Positions 6,344 through 15,731 of a DNA stretch of 32,000 nt are shown in pieces. This DNA comes from Aciduliprofundum boonei T469 (GTDB lineage: Archaea > Thermoplasmatota > Thermoplasmata > Thermoplasmatales > Aciduliprofundaceae), in assembly GCF_000025665.1 (NCBI RefSeq), contig NC_013926.1, positions 1,020,001 to 1,052,000 on the forward strand, written 5' to 3'. Within the stretch, counting starts at the first letter, position 1. Every line of letters starts with the position of its first letter. The position numbers and the translations under genes are program-made. Below the pieces are notes generated by a model. It had not been told where the DNA came from. It did not search any database and saw only the letters and a program-made list of their open reading frames with translations.

Positions 6344-7682
6344 AACCCTCAACCTCTCCTCCAAAGTTTGGATAATCTTTCAACATCAGGTTTATGAATC
6401 TCGTATGAAGAACCACATGGTCTTTTATCTCCCTAACATTCCTCTCTAACTCCTTTATCTTCTCCCTTAACTCATCTACATCCTTGCTGGACTGCTGGAA
6501 ATAGAGATTTGCAGAGATTTCATCTAACCTTCTCCTCAGGATTTCGTATTCATCTACAATCTTTCCTACCAGCTCCAACTTGTTCTCTATTAACTTCTTC
6601 GCCAACTCCCCTCCTTCCTCGCTCACTCCTTCAAACTCCAAATCTCCAGATGAACCAAAATCGCTCTTGTTTATTGTTATCTTTATCTCCTCCCCCTCCC
6701 AGAGAACCTTGCTTATCTCGTCTAAATTGAAGCCGAAATGAGAAGATATGCCTATCCTTATTGCCCTATCCACAAATTCTTTCCCAAACAATTTTTCTGC
6801 ATAGAACTCCCATACTTCCTTCCTTTTCGGATAAATCATAACCTTTGCTATTCCCTTCTTGTAAGAGTATGTGATATAGAAGGTTGCGCCCAGAGTTTTT
6901 ATCTTCAACCCGTGAGACCTATCCCTTTCTCCCGTTGGATACGCTTCCAAGTATATCCCATTCACATAGTCCTTTATCGGCTCTTTGCTCCAGAGATACT
7001 TTGAGATTATCCCTAACTCATCCTCTCTAATCGGGATTGGCTTCTTTATCCTGAAATGATGTGAGATTGTAATTAAATTGTCCCCTTTTCTAACATCTGT
7101 CCCTTCTTTTCTAACATGCACCCCTAGGGGTGTCCCTTCTTCCATGAGCTCCCTCGCTCTATCCACATTTACCTTGTATCTTCCCCTTCCAATTCTTTGC
7201 AGAACCCCTAAATCTCTTAATCTGTAGAAATAAATTCTCTTTGTCTCTGCGTTTCCTATACCATAAAGGTATGGGCCCCTCAAAAAATCCTGTGGAGATA
7301 TTGTTCTGCTTCTCATACTCTCCCCTGTTAGTACTGCAAGCATCCTCCTAAACAATGGAATATATCCCTCAGATTTGTAACATGTCCCTTTGTTACATCT
7401 ATTCTCAGAATTTCTAAGTTCTACACTCTCTCTACTCAAATGTAACATACCCCTAAAATTTGTCCCCTTTTGTCCCCTTGAATGTAACATGCTGTCCCTT
7501 TGGATTGAAAAAATATATTGGCCCCGGGAAACCCTGGAGCCATACCTCTGCAAAATCTTCTTTGCGTTCTCATAACTCAAAGGAATGTCCCTTTTTAGTG
7601 CTTCATACTGCAGGGTTTTAGGTGTCCATGTGGCATTTGGATTATTCCGAAGAATTCCTAGAACTGCTTTGGATATGCTCAT
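6336..7682 (-). CDS. Hypothetical 448-aa protein with an apparent N-terminal wHTH, a second wHTH (..FYRLRDLGVLQRIGRGRYKV) and a C-terminal coiled coil. It could be an element-encoded regulator or replication protein (speculative).
   Basis: Long intact ORF with GGAG 5 nt upstream of the ATG. I could find no tyrosine-recombinase R..HxxR..Y motif, Walker motifs or primase motifs. Confidence 0.6.
   Translation of the reverse strand: MSISKAVLGILRNNPNATWTPKTLQYEALKRDIPLSYENAKKILQRYGSRVSRGQYIFSIQRDSMLHSRGQKGTNFRGMLHLSRESVELRNSENRCNKGTCYKSEGYIPLFRRMLAVLTGESMRSRTISPQDFLRGPYLYGIGNAETKRIYFYRLRDLGVLQRIGRGRYKVNVDRARELMEEGTPLGVHVRKEGTDVRKGDNLITISHHFRIKKPIPIREDELGIISKYLWSKEPIKDYVNGIYLEAYPTGERDRSHGLKIKTLGATFYITYSYKKGIAKVMIYPKRKEVWEFYAEKLFGKEFVDRAIRIGISSHFGFNLDEISKVLWEGEEIKITINKSDFGSSGDLEFEGVSEEGGELAKKLIENKLELVGKIVDEYEILRRRLDEISANLYFQQSSKDVDELREKIKELERNVREIKDHVVLHTRFINLMLKDYPNFGGEVEGYA
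7079..7595. repeat. Iteron-like cluster. It holds 8 copies of TGTCCC(C)TT (minus strand AAGGG(G)ACA) and 5 copies of T(G/C)TAACAT (minus strand ATGTTA(C/G)A).
   Basis: TGTCCC(C)TT starts at 7079, 7098, 7131, 7383, 7461, 7471, 7493 and 7586. T(G/C)TAACAT starts at 7089, 7110, 7376, 7441 and 7483. There is a perfect 10-nt tandem TTTGTCCCCT x2 at 7459-7478 and an inverted repeat TGTAACA-N8-TGTTACA at 7376-7397. Confidence 0.7.
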
Positions 7683-7774
7683 ATTATCTCCAGTATTCCA
7701 CTACCTCTCTCTTTCAACTTCTCTAGCGCCTCTTCCAAGGTTTCTGCCTTATCTACTATCTCTCCTGTTTCCAT
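7679..7774 (-). CDS. Possible 31-aa ORF (METGEIVDKAETLEEALEKLKERGSGILEII), translationally coupled to the 448-aa gene.
   Basis: It fills the gap between neighbouring genes, and its stop overlaps the downstream ATG (ATGA). The SD is poor and it falls below the ORF-track cutoff. Confidence 0.3.
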   Translation of the reverse strand: METGEIVDKAETLEEALEKLKERGSGILEII

Positions 7775-7791
7775 ATCCCTAATGTAGTACA

Positions 7792-8037
7792 TCATGCAGA
7801 TGCTGATTCCTCCACTCTGGGCTGTGTATCTATCGGTATCAACGGATTATCTTCCTTATCCCACACCTGATAGCTCACTGGTCTTGCGTTGGGCTCTCCT
7901 TCTAATTCATATTTAGTTAGAATGTAAAGAGAGCCATACTCTTCTATCAGTTCTTTTTCTGTCTCTGTTATCCTGCTCTCTGTCAAATCTCCCGTGCTCC
8001 ATAAAATCTCCAACTTATATACCCTACTCTTTTTCAT
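7792..8037 (-). CDS. Hypothetical small acidic protein (81 aa from MKKSRVYKLEI...). It is the first gene of the four-gene operon.
   Basis: GGAGGTGAT lies 3 nt upstream of the ATG at 8037, so the ORF-track start at 8058 is unlikely. I recognise no family. Confidence 0.55.
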   Translation of the reverse strand: MKKSRVYKLEILWSTGDLTESRITETEKELIEEYGSLYILTKYELEGEPNARPVSYQVWDKEDNPLIPIDTQPRVEESASA

Positions 8038-8218
8038 AAAATCACCTCCTGGGTACAAAATGCCCCCGTTGGTTTAGTCAACAAACCTATCAGTGCCCCC
8101 GAACCTAAGGGGCGGGGGCAACCGAAAGCTTTATAGTGGGCAATTGCCCCCCATTTTTCAACTTGAGCCTGTCTACAACACGAAAAAACATTTTTATTTT
8201 TTATTTGAAATGTTGGAT

Positions 8219-8223
8219 AAAAA
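8219..8223 (-). terminator. T5 stretch immediately after the tRNA-Trp 3' end.
   Basis: The minus strand reads ...TGCCCCC-A-CTTTTTAT. Confidence 0.4.
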
Positions 8224-8224
8224 G

Positions 8225-8362
8225 TGGGGGCACTGGGATTCGAACCCAGGTCCGCGGGTCTCTCCTGAGGGTCAGCGCTCCAGTTATTCATCATCTTTCA
8301 GCTGACCCGCTGCTCATCATCTAACTGGAGCCCACCAGGATGCCTGACTACCCCATGCCCCC
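8225..8362 (-). tRNA. trnW: tRNA-Trp (anticodon CCA at 8328-8326) with a 65-nt intron (8324-8260) at the canonical 37/38 position. CCA is not encoded.
   Basis: Hand-folded. The acceptor is GGGGGCA/TGCCCCC, the D stem GGGT/ATCC and the anticodon stem GTGGG/CCCGC. The loop is CTCCAG|..|A and the T arm CTGGG-TTCGAAT-CCCAG. There is a BHB-like arrangement with central helix CTCC/GGAG and 3-nt bulges AG|T and AG|A. Confidence 0.9.
8272..8320 (-). ncRNA. Box C/D sRNA embedded in the tRNA-Trp intron. It is predicted to guide 2'-O-methylation of C34 and C39 of its own tRNA.
   Basis: Box C is AUGAUGA (8320-8314), followed by a 12-nt guide and D' CUGA (8301-8298). Box C' is AUGAUGA (8294-8288), followed by a 12-nt guide and D CUGA (8275-8272). 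The D guide pairs with GCTCCAGTTA, and the N+5 rule gives C34. The D' guide pairs with GACCCGC, and N+5 gives C39. Confidence 0.85.
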
Positions 8363-8386
8363 TTAAACACGGATATTTTCATCATA

Positions 8387-8394
8387 GATATAAA
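8387..8394 (-). promoter_or_regulatory. TATA box (TTTATATC) for tRNA-Trp.
   Basis: Its 3' edge lies 25 nt upstream of the mature 5' end at 8362. Confidence 0.5.
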
Positions 8395-8451
8395 CCTTAC
8401 CGTTAAAATTGAACAATATAAATTTGGGAGAGAGCAAGGTGAAACCTAAAA

Positions 8452-8559
8452 TCAGCTCTTATTTGCGCGCCTCTGCCTCATCAAGCGGCGCATTCTCTTT
8501 TTTCTCCATTTCCAGCGCATCTTTCCGCGTTTTTTCCAGCTTCTTGAACTCCTCTTCAT
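8452..8559 (-). CDS. rpl41e: Ribosomal protein eL41 (L41e), 35 aa: [35 protein letters not shown].
   Basis: It contains [10 protein letters not shown], identical to the core of eukaryotic eL41 ([25 protein letters not shown], recalled from memory). The TATA-like TTTATATT at ~8586-8597 suggests a near-leaderless transcript. The ORF track missed it because it is under 60 aa. Confidence 0.8.
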   Translation of the reverse strand: [35 protein letters not shown]

Positions 8560-8608
8560 CTTGACACCATCCTTGGGTAAATTGAACTTAAATATAAAGA
8601 TTACCCAG

Positions 8609-8683
8609 CGGGCGCGGCGGGATTTGAACCCGCGATCACTGACTTAGAAGGCCAGCGCCCTATCCATGCTAGGCCACGCGCCC
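8609..8683 (-). tRNA. trnR: tRNA-Arg (anticodon TCT), 75 nt, no intron, CCA not encoded.
   Basis: Hand-folded. The acceptor is GGGCGCG/CGCGCCC, the D stem GCCT/GGGC and the anticodon arm CTGGC-CTTCTAA-GTCAG. The variable loop is TGATC and the T arm GCGGG-TTCAAAT-CCCGC. Confidence 0.9.
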
Positions 8684-8703
8684 AATTCCCTAATATGCAA
8701 TCC

Positions 8704-8716
8704 TTATTTAATATTT
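8704..8716. promoter_or_regulatory. AT-rich box (TTATTTAATATTT) positioned to act as a TATA element for both tRNA-Arg (minus) and carS (plus).
   Basis: It lies about 25 nt from the tRNA-Arg 5' end and about 36 nt upstream of the preferred carS ATG at 8752. Confidence 0.35.
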
Positions 8717-8751
8717 ACCAAAACTTTATGTTTACTTTCACGATTACCACT

Positions 8752-9312
8752 ATGATGAACGCTCTTGCTCAAGTGATTGCTGCACTCTGGCTTATGCTTC
8801 CTGCATATATACCCAACTCTGCAGCCGTGATCTTCAAGGGAAAGACGCCTATGGATTTTGGTAAGAATTTCTGGGATGGGCGGAGAATTTTGGGCAAGGG
8901 TAAAACATGGCGTGGATTCTTTGGAGGGGCGCTAACAGGAATGGCTGTAGGTACAGTACAAAATTTCTTATCGTTGTATCTTCCTCAAAATTACTTTCCT
9001 CAATTCTCATCGGATATGTCCTTTATAGGTATTTTAGCATGTTTGTCTTTTGGAGCAATGCTTGGGGACTCTTTTGGTTCATTTATAAAGAGAAGGTTGG
9101 GAATAAAGAGTGGGGGCAGAGCATTTCTGTTAGATCAGCTCACATTTGTATTCATAGCATGGCTATTTACCTATATATTTTACCCTGAATTCTTCGTATT
9201 TGCATTTGGAAACATACCTGCTGTGGTAACAATATTGCTCTTAACGCCATTGATTCATAGAACTGTAAACATAATTGCATATAAAATGGGAAAGAAACCT
9301 GTACCATGGTAA
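8752..9312 (+). CDS. carS: CDP-archaeol synthase (CDP-2,3-bis-O-geranylgeranyl-sn-glycerol synthase, DUF46 family).
   Basis: Polytopic membrane protein with motifs PNSAAV..GKTPMDFG..DGRRILGKGKTWRG and GDSFGSFIKRRLGIKSGGRAFLLDQ. The ORF is open from 8695, but the promoter position favours the ATG at 8752 (MMNALAQ...). Confidence 0.7.
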   Translation: MMNALAQVIAALWLMLPAYIPNSAAVIFKGKTPMDFGKNFWDGRRILGKGKTWRGFFGGALTGMAVGTVQNFLSLYLPQNYFPQFSSDMSFIGILACLSFGAMLGDSFGSFIKRRLGIKSGGRAFLLDQLTFVFIAWLFTYIFYPEFFVFAFGNIPAVVTILLLTPLIHRTVNIIAYKMGKKPVPW

Positions 9313-9344
9313 ACTTAAAATTCTAAAAGCGGATTTCCCATAGA

Positions 9345-10073
9345 ATGAAAATTTCAGTAATTCTTTTGGCTATCATGCTAACCTATGTGGGCTCTCCTGC
9401 CCATGTACCAAACTTTGATAATTTCACCACTCCAGTGATAGAGCCAGGTAAAATAGGAAAGTTCAATTTTACGATAGAAAATAGGTATGTGGCAACTATG
9501 CACAATTGCGTTTTGCATGTGGGTATTTATATGTGGGCAACGGAGGAAGAGGCAAAAAGCATTTGGAGAATACATAATAAGCCGGTAATAGAAGAATCTA
9601 ACAGTGTAAATTATACTCTGAATTTAGGAGATATTAAACCTAAAGAATTAAAGCCCGTAGCATTTCATATAAAAACCTTCTCAGGCACACCTGACGGTGT
9701 TTATTTTGTTAGATTTTCCCTGGTGTTCAATTATAATGGCACTACTTATAAAATGTGGTCTCCCGGATACTTCTCTAAGGAAGAATGGAATAAAGCCACA
9801 GAGAATCATACTTTGAACTTAACATACTTATCCAAAGTTCTTGGAGATAGGGTTGATGGAATAATTCCAGATTCATCTTTTAGTGTAAAAAGCAGTTTGA
9901 TGTGGGTTCTATATATCCTCATAGGTATAACAGCTATGGTTGGAATAGCAGCCTTGTATGCCTATATGCATGAAGAGGGGAAAGTGGGAAAGAAGGAGGA
10001 ATATGCTTATCAGTTGAAGGGAAAATATAAATACTTGGAGAAAAGAGTAAAGGAGAAAATGAAAAAGCGCTAG
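9345..10073 (+). CDS. Hypothetical secreted protein with a C-terminal TM anchor and a Lys-rich tail. It may have a CARDB/NEW3-like beta-sandwich ectodomain.
   Basis: It has a signal peptide, several N-x-S/T sequons and the TM helix LMWVLYILIGITAMVGIAALYAY. The family assignment is uncertain. Confidence 0.55.
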   Translation: MKISVILLAIMLTYVGSPAHVPNFDNFTTPVIEPGKIGKFNFTIENRYVATMHNCVLHVGIYMWATEEEAKSIWRIHNKPVIEESNSVNYTLNLGDIKPKELKPVAFHIKTFSGTPDGVYFVRFSLVFNYNGTTYKMWSPGYFSKEEWNKATENHTLNLTYLSKVLGDRVDGIIPDSSFSVKSSLMWVLYILIGITAMVGIAALYAYMHEEGKVGKKEEYAYQLKGKYKYLEKRVKEKMKKR

Positions 10074-10759
10074 TAGCCAATGTACAATCTCTCGCCCAAG
10101 AACGTAGGCAAACCCTCTTCTATAATTTTGTTGTAGACTTCATCTATTGGATATTCAACTCTCTTTATCTCGTATTTTTTATTTTTCAAATCCACAAGGG
10201 CATAGGAGGCACGGGGATCTCCATCTCTTGGCTGCCCAACACTTCCCGGATTGATTATTACTCCCCTCTCAAAAACATTTACAAAGGGTACATGGGTATG
10301 TCCTAAAATCAGAAGATCAGCGTTATCATACTCCAAAAGCTCCCCAGTGGCTTCATCGGGATAGATATAACGGTCCTCATCAAAAGGAGCACCATGATGC
10401 AATGCAATTCTTTTGCCTTCGATATCTAAAATTAGATGGTCTTTAAGGGAGTAGAGATATTCCATATTCTCTTTTGTCAATTTATTCCTAGTCCAGGAAG
10501 CCGCAGTTGCAGCGTACGGATTGAATCTAAAGTAACTATCATAAATGACCGCTCTATCATGATTTCCCCTGATGCAAGGAATTTTTCTTTTTCTTATTTC
10601 CCATATCACTTCATTGGGCCAGGGATTGTATCCCACAAGGTCCCCCGCACATAAAATTATATCTGCGTCTTCGATTCTCTCAAGTACAACTTTCAAGGCG
10701 GGAAGATTCCCGTGTATGTCTGATATGATAGCGAGCATTATGCAAGCATGCTTATGCAT
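10070..10759 (-). CDS. Metallophosphoesterase (YfcE/MJ0936-like phosphodiesterase family).
   Basis: Motifs present: DIHGN, GDLVGY, GNHD, HHG and GHTHVPF. The start could instead be at 10738 (MLAIISDIHGN). Confidence 0.85.
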   Translation of the reverse strand: MHKHACIMLAIISDIHGNLPALKVVLERIEDADIILCAGDLVGYNPWPNEVIWEIRKRKIPCIRGNHDRAVIYDSYFRFNPYAATAASWTRNKLTKENMEYLYSLKDHLILDIEGKRIALHHGAPFDEDRYIYPDEATGELLEYDNADLLILGHTHVPFVNVFERGVIINPGSVGQPRDGDPRASYALVDLKNKKYEIKRVEYPIDEVYNKIIEEGLPTFLGERLYIGY

Positions 10760-10779
10760 AAAATAAACTTAACGCCAGA

Positions 10780-10794
10780 GAAAATTTAAATAAT
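10780..10794. promoter_or_regulatory. AT-rich divergent promoter element (AAAATTTAAATAATG) between the phosphoesterase gene and the AIM24-like gene.
   Basis: It lies about 25-30 nt from both start codons (10759 minus, 10822 plus). Confidence 0.35.
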
Positions 10795-10821
10795 GTTGAA
10801 TTCCTTATAGTTTGGGGTGCT

Positions 10822-11493
10822 ATGATGAAAACTGAGATTTTGCACAAACCTGCATTTGCAGAGTTGAAAGTGTATTTGTCTCCAGGGGAGAGAATAGTTG
10901 CAGAGGCTGGTGCTATGGTTTACATGTCTCCCACCATAGGGGTGGAAACTACCACAAAGGGCGGATTTATGAAGGGGGTTTTAAGAAAAATGCTTTCTGG
11001 ACAAACTCTGTTTATGAACACTTACTACGCACAATCCGAAGGAGGATATGTGGTTTTTGCTCCAAGTTTGCCTGGTGATATAATAAAGATAGAAGTTACA
11101 CAGCCTATTTACATATCCGATACTAATTACCTTGCGTCCACAGAGCTTGAATTCGGAGTGAAATTTACAGGATTTAAAGGAATTTTCACACCAGGAGGTA
11201 TGTTCTGGTTCAAGGTTAGTGGAATAGGCAAAGCTTGGATAGCGGCCTACGGTGGAATAGATATGCTCCAGTTAGGTCCTGGTGAGAGATTGCTTATAGA
11301 TAATATTCATTTGGCTGCTTTTGATGCGAGTATGAATTTCACATTACGGAAGTTTGGCAAGCTCAAATCTTTCCTATTTGGTGGAGAATACATATTGACA
11401 GAATTTGTTGGTCCTGGAAGAGTATGGATTCAGTCCAGAAATCTGCCTGTGTTTGCAAATTTGCTCTACAGGTATATGCCAAAGAAAGATTGA
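10822..11493 (+). CDS. AIM24 / TIGR00266 (DUF124) family protein.
   Basis: The N-terminal pattern L.PGERIVAEAGAMVYMSP and the size (~220 aa) are typical of the family as I remember it. Confidence 0.6.
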   Translation: MMKTEILHKPAFAELKVYLSPGERIVAEAGAMVYMSPTIGVETTTKGGFMKGVLRKMLSGQTLFMNTYYAQSEGGYVVFAPSLPGDIIKIEVTQPIYISDTNYLASTELEFGVKFTGFKGIFTPGGMFWFKVSGIGKAWIAAYGGIDMLQLGPGERLLIDNIHLAAFDASMNFTLRKFGKLKSFLFGGEYILTEFVGPGRVWIQSRNLPVFANLLYRYMPKKD

Positions 11494-11525
11494 AAAAGTT
11501 TATTAACTCTTCGGAATTTGCGTGA

Positions 11526-13745
<2,220 letters not shown>

Positions 13746-13754
13746 GGTGATAGG

Positions 13755-13997
13755 ATGAAGAAGTTCGTAACAGAATTGAGAGGCAAAACCGCTATGACGG
13801 ATGAGGGAATGATCCTTGGCACTATTGATAATTTTGTGATTGATACGGATACAGGAAAAATAATGCATATGCTGATAATACCCGCAGAGGATTTTGATGC
13901 AAGAGGCTTTAAAAAAGATGCTCAAGGCAGACTTATAATGCCGTTCCAAGCTATGCGTTCTGTTAGGGATGTAGTGGTGCTTACACTCAAAAAATAA
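13755..13997 (+). CDS. PRC-barrel domain protein.
   Basis: 80 aa, with L.GK.AMTDEGMILGTIDNFVIDTDTGKI and a GAGGTGAT SD overlapping the cdc48 stop. Confidence 0.6.
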   Translation: MKKFVTELRGKTAMTDEGMILGTIDNFVIDTDTGKIMHMLIIPAEDFDARGFKKDAQGRLIMPFQAMRSVRDVVVLTLKK

Positions 13998-15224
13998 TTA
14001 CTTATAGCGAAGAATTGCAGCGATACCTCCAAACGCCTTTGCAAATATTTTTCCCTCTTCGCTTTCATTTGATATTAGCTCTACTTGAGTATTAAATTGC
14101 TCTGCAATATCGTAATATTCCTCAATTAAATCTTTCTTTTCCACTATATCCATAGGTATTCCACAATCGGGACATATTTTCTCAGGAATCTCGCCTTTTA
14201 TAGTTTCTTTCACCTCTTTACCGCACTGCGGACATCTCCAAGTGATCCTGTATTTTCTTAGACTATCAGAGATGAGAAGAACATCTACAGCCCCACGCTC
14301 CAATGCCTCTCGTACTTCCTTCTCCCCATAAACTGCTAAGCCTCCATCTGGCTTTCTAATTTCCCTGAAAAACCTCCCTAGCAGTTGTCTCTCTTTAAAC
14401 ACCTCTAAATTTTTTAATGTGGTGGAAGCCTTTTCTACAAGCTCGTGTAGCCCATATTCATCAGTATAGCCTACATCGAACACCTCTATTATTTTCTTCT
14501 TTAATTCGTGGTGTAAGTAATCTCCTTTGAGAAATGAATCTTTCGTTCCTCCAGGGCCTCCTACCAATATGCCTTTTAATTTTTCCTCTGCAAGAAACAC
14601 CTCGTTAGCTTTATCTCCAACTTTCTTGAAAAACTCGTGGACAGCTAGCTCAATCAACCTTTCAAACCTTCGCGATGATTGCCCACCTTGATGATGCTTG
14701 CTTGGAACCATGCTGTCAAGATGCTTAACTACCTCAATTCTCGTTCCTTTTAAAAATCCGATTGTGGCCTCTTTTCTGTCTATAACAAGTAAACCATAGA
14801 TATCCTTCTCACCAAGCATGGCTTTTAAAGGCTCTAGATAGAATTTAGAATCACATTTGTATATGAAAGATTGCACCGGCTCTGGTGGCTCTAACACATA
14901 AGAGACCATCTCAGTCTGGTCACCTCTTTTTATAACATGCCCTACGAACACTACTAATCCATTGGGAGGAGGCATTTTGAAATACTTTAAACGGGACATG
15001 ATGCTTTCAATGGCACTCATAACATTCTTTCTCGTGGTCTTGCTTTTGATATTTGCAGATGTTCCATACTCGTCTCTCAAATAGGCGATTACATCAGATA
15101 TGGGTCTCTTGGGGGGTATATAAACTGAGATGAGCTCTGTACCTCTACCCTCGTACTTCTCCAATTCTTCTAAGTAACGCCGAAATTCATAGTTTTTCCT
15201 TGCTTCCTCCGTATCCATACTCAC
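13998..15224 (-). CDS. prf1: Peptide chain release factor aRF1.
   Basis: It has the NIKS motif (TSANIKSK), the GGQ motif ([11 protein letters not shown]) and a length of 408 aa. Confidence 0.95.
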   Translation of the reverse strand: MSMDTEEARKNYEFRRYLEELEKYEGRGTELISVYIPPKRPISDVIAYLRDEYGTSANIKSKTTRKNVMSAIESIMSRLKYFKMPPPNGLVVFVGHVIKRGDQTEMVSYVLEPPEPVQSFIYKCDSKFYLEPLKAMLGEKDIYGLLVIDRKEATIGFLKGTRIEVVKHLDSMVPSKHHQGGQSSRRFERLIELAVHEFFKKVGDKANEVFLAEEKLKGILVGGPGGTKDSFLKGDYLHHELKKKIIEVFDVGYTDEYGLHELVEKASTTLKNLEVFKERQLLGRFFREIRKPDGGLAVYGEKEVREALERGAVDVLLISDSLRKYRITWRCPQCGKEVKETIKGEIPEKICPDCGIPMDIVEKKDLIEEYYDIAEQFNTQVELISNESEEGKIFAKAFGGIAAILRYK

Positions 15225-15311
15225 ACCTTAATTGGGTGAATTAGTCATATTAAATAAATATTAGCCCCTCCAAGGATAAAAATTTAAATTGTTTCCCGCA
15301 ATTTTCCATAG

Positions 15312-15731
15312 GTGAAGCCTTACGAGATATTTGACCATACTGCAGATGTTGGCATAATAGTGCGTGGAGAATCCCTCGAAGAACTCTTTGAGAAGGCAGC
15401 TTATGGAATGTTTGATATAATTTTAAATGCAGATAAAATAGAGCCCGCTGGAAAGTACAAAGTTAAGCTTTCTTCCCCAACCTTGAATGATTTATTCGTT
15501 GATTGGCTCTCTGAGCTCCTTTATGTATTCTCAACTGAGCTCTTTGTAATGGGAAAATTTGATGTTAGGATAAAAGAAGATAAGAATGGATATTATCTTG
15601 AGGCAATATGCTGGGGTGAACCTTATAAAAGGAGGAAGCATGGAATAAAAACTGAGATAAAGGCGGTAACCTACCATGAATTGGTTGTGGATCCGGAGAA
15701 AGGTTATGCAAAGGTGCTTTTTGATATTTGA
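15312..15731 (+). CDS. Archease (RtcB tRNA-ligase cofactor).
   Basis: The sequence (V/M)KPYEIFDHTADVGIIVRGESLEELF is the canonical archease N-terminus. It has a GTG start and an upstream AAAAATTTAAAT box. Confidence 0.85.
   Translation: MKPYEIFDHTADVGIIVRGESLEELFEKAAYGMFDIILNADKIEPAGKYKVKLSSPTLNDLFVDWLSELLYVFSTELFVMGKFDVRIKEDKNGYYLEAICWGEPYKRRKHGIKTEIKAVTYHELVVDPEKGYAKVLFDI

Larger units (their letters stand above)
1..8224. mobile_element. Candidate integrated element or accessory island abutting the 3' end of tRNA-Trp. The left boundary lies outside the window.
   Basis: All genes here are non-housekeeping. The evidence is the conjugative-type pilin-like domains, the iteron-like repeats and the position flush against a tRNA 3' end. 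No integrase, att repeat or ATPase is visible, so this call is tentative. Confidence 0.35.

Noticed and set aside
7587-7600. A 14-nt identity (GTCCCTTTTTAGTG) between 7587-7600 and 17129-17142.
   Set aside because: A few 14-mer matches are expected by chance in a 32-kb AT-rich window, and there is no extended similarity around it.
6336-7682. Whether the 448-aa protein is the missing integrase or recombinase of the island.
   Set aside because: I could not find the R...HxxR...Y tyrosine-recombinase signature, a serine-recombinase N-terminus or a DDE pattern. Only wHTH-like and coiled-coil segments are evident.
8034-8324. Three track ORFs (8034-8294 minus, 8093-8305 plus, 8136-8324 plus).
   Set aside because: They overlap the tRNA-Trp gene, its intron and its AT-rich trailer. 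They have no SD or promoter logic, and the region is fully explained by the tRNA and C/D sRNA.
10070-10073. The palindromic CTAG that provides TAG stops for convergent genes on both strands. There is also a zero-gap convergence at 13997/13998 and an 11-nt convergent overlap at 22838-22848.
   Set aside because: This reflects ordinary genome compaction in small archaeal genomes, and I see no evidence for a specific function.
14150-14245. A CxxC...CxxC zinc ribbon (CPQCGKEV...CPDCGIPM) in the aRF1 C-terminal domain, considered as a novel insertion.
   Set aside because: It occupies the position of the eRF1/aRF1 minidomain, and I believe similar Cys pairs occur in other archaeal aRF1 proteins. 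It is probably family-typical.
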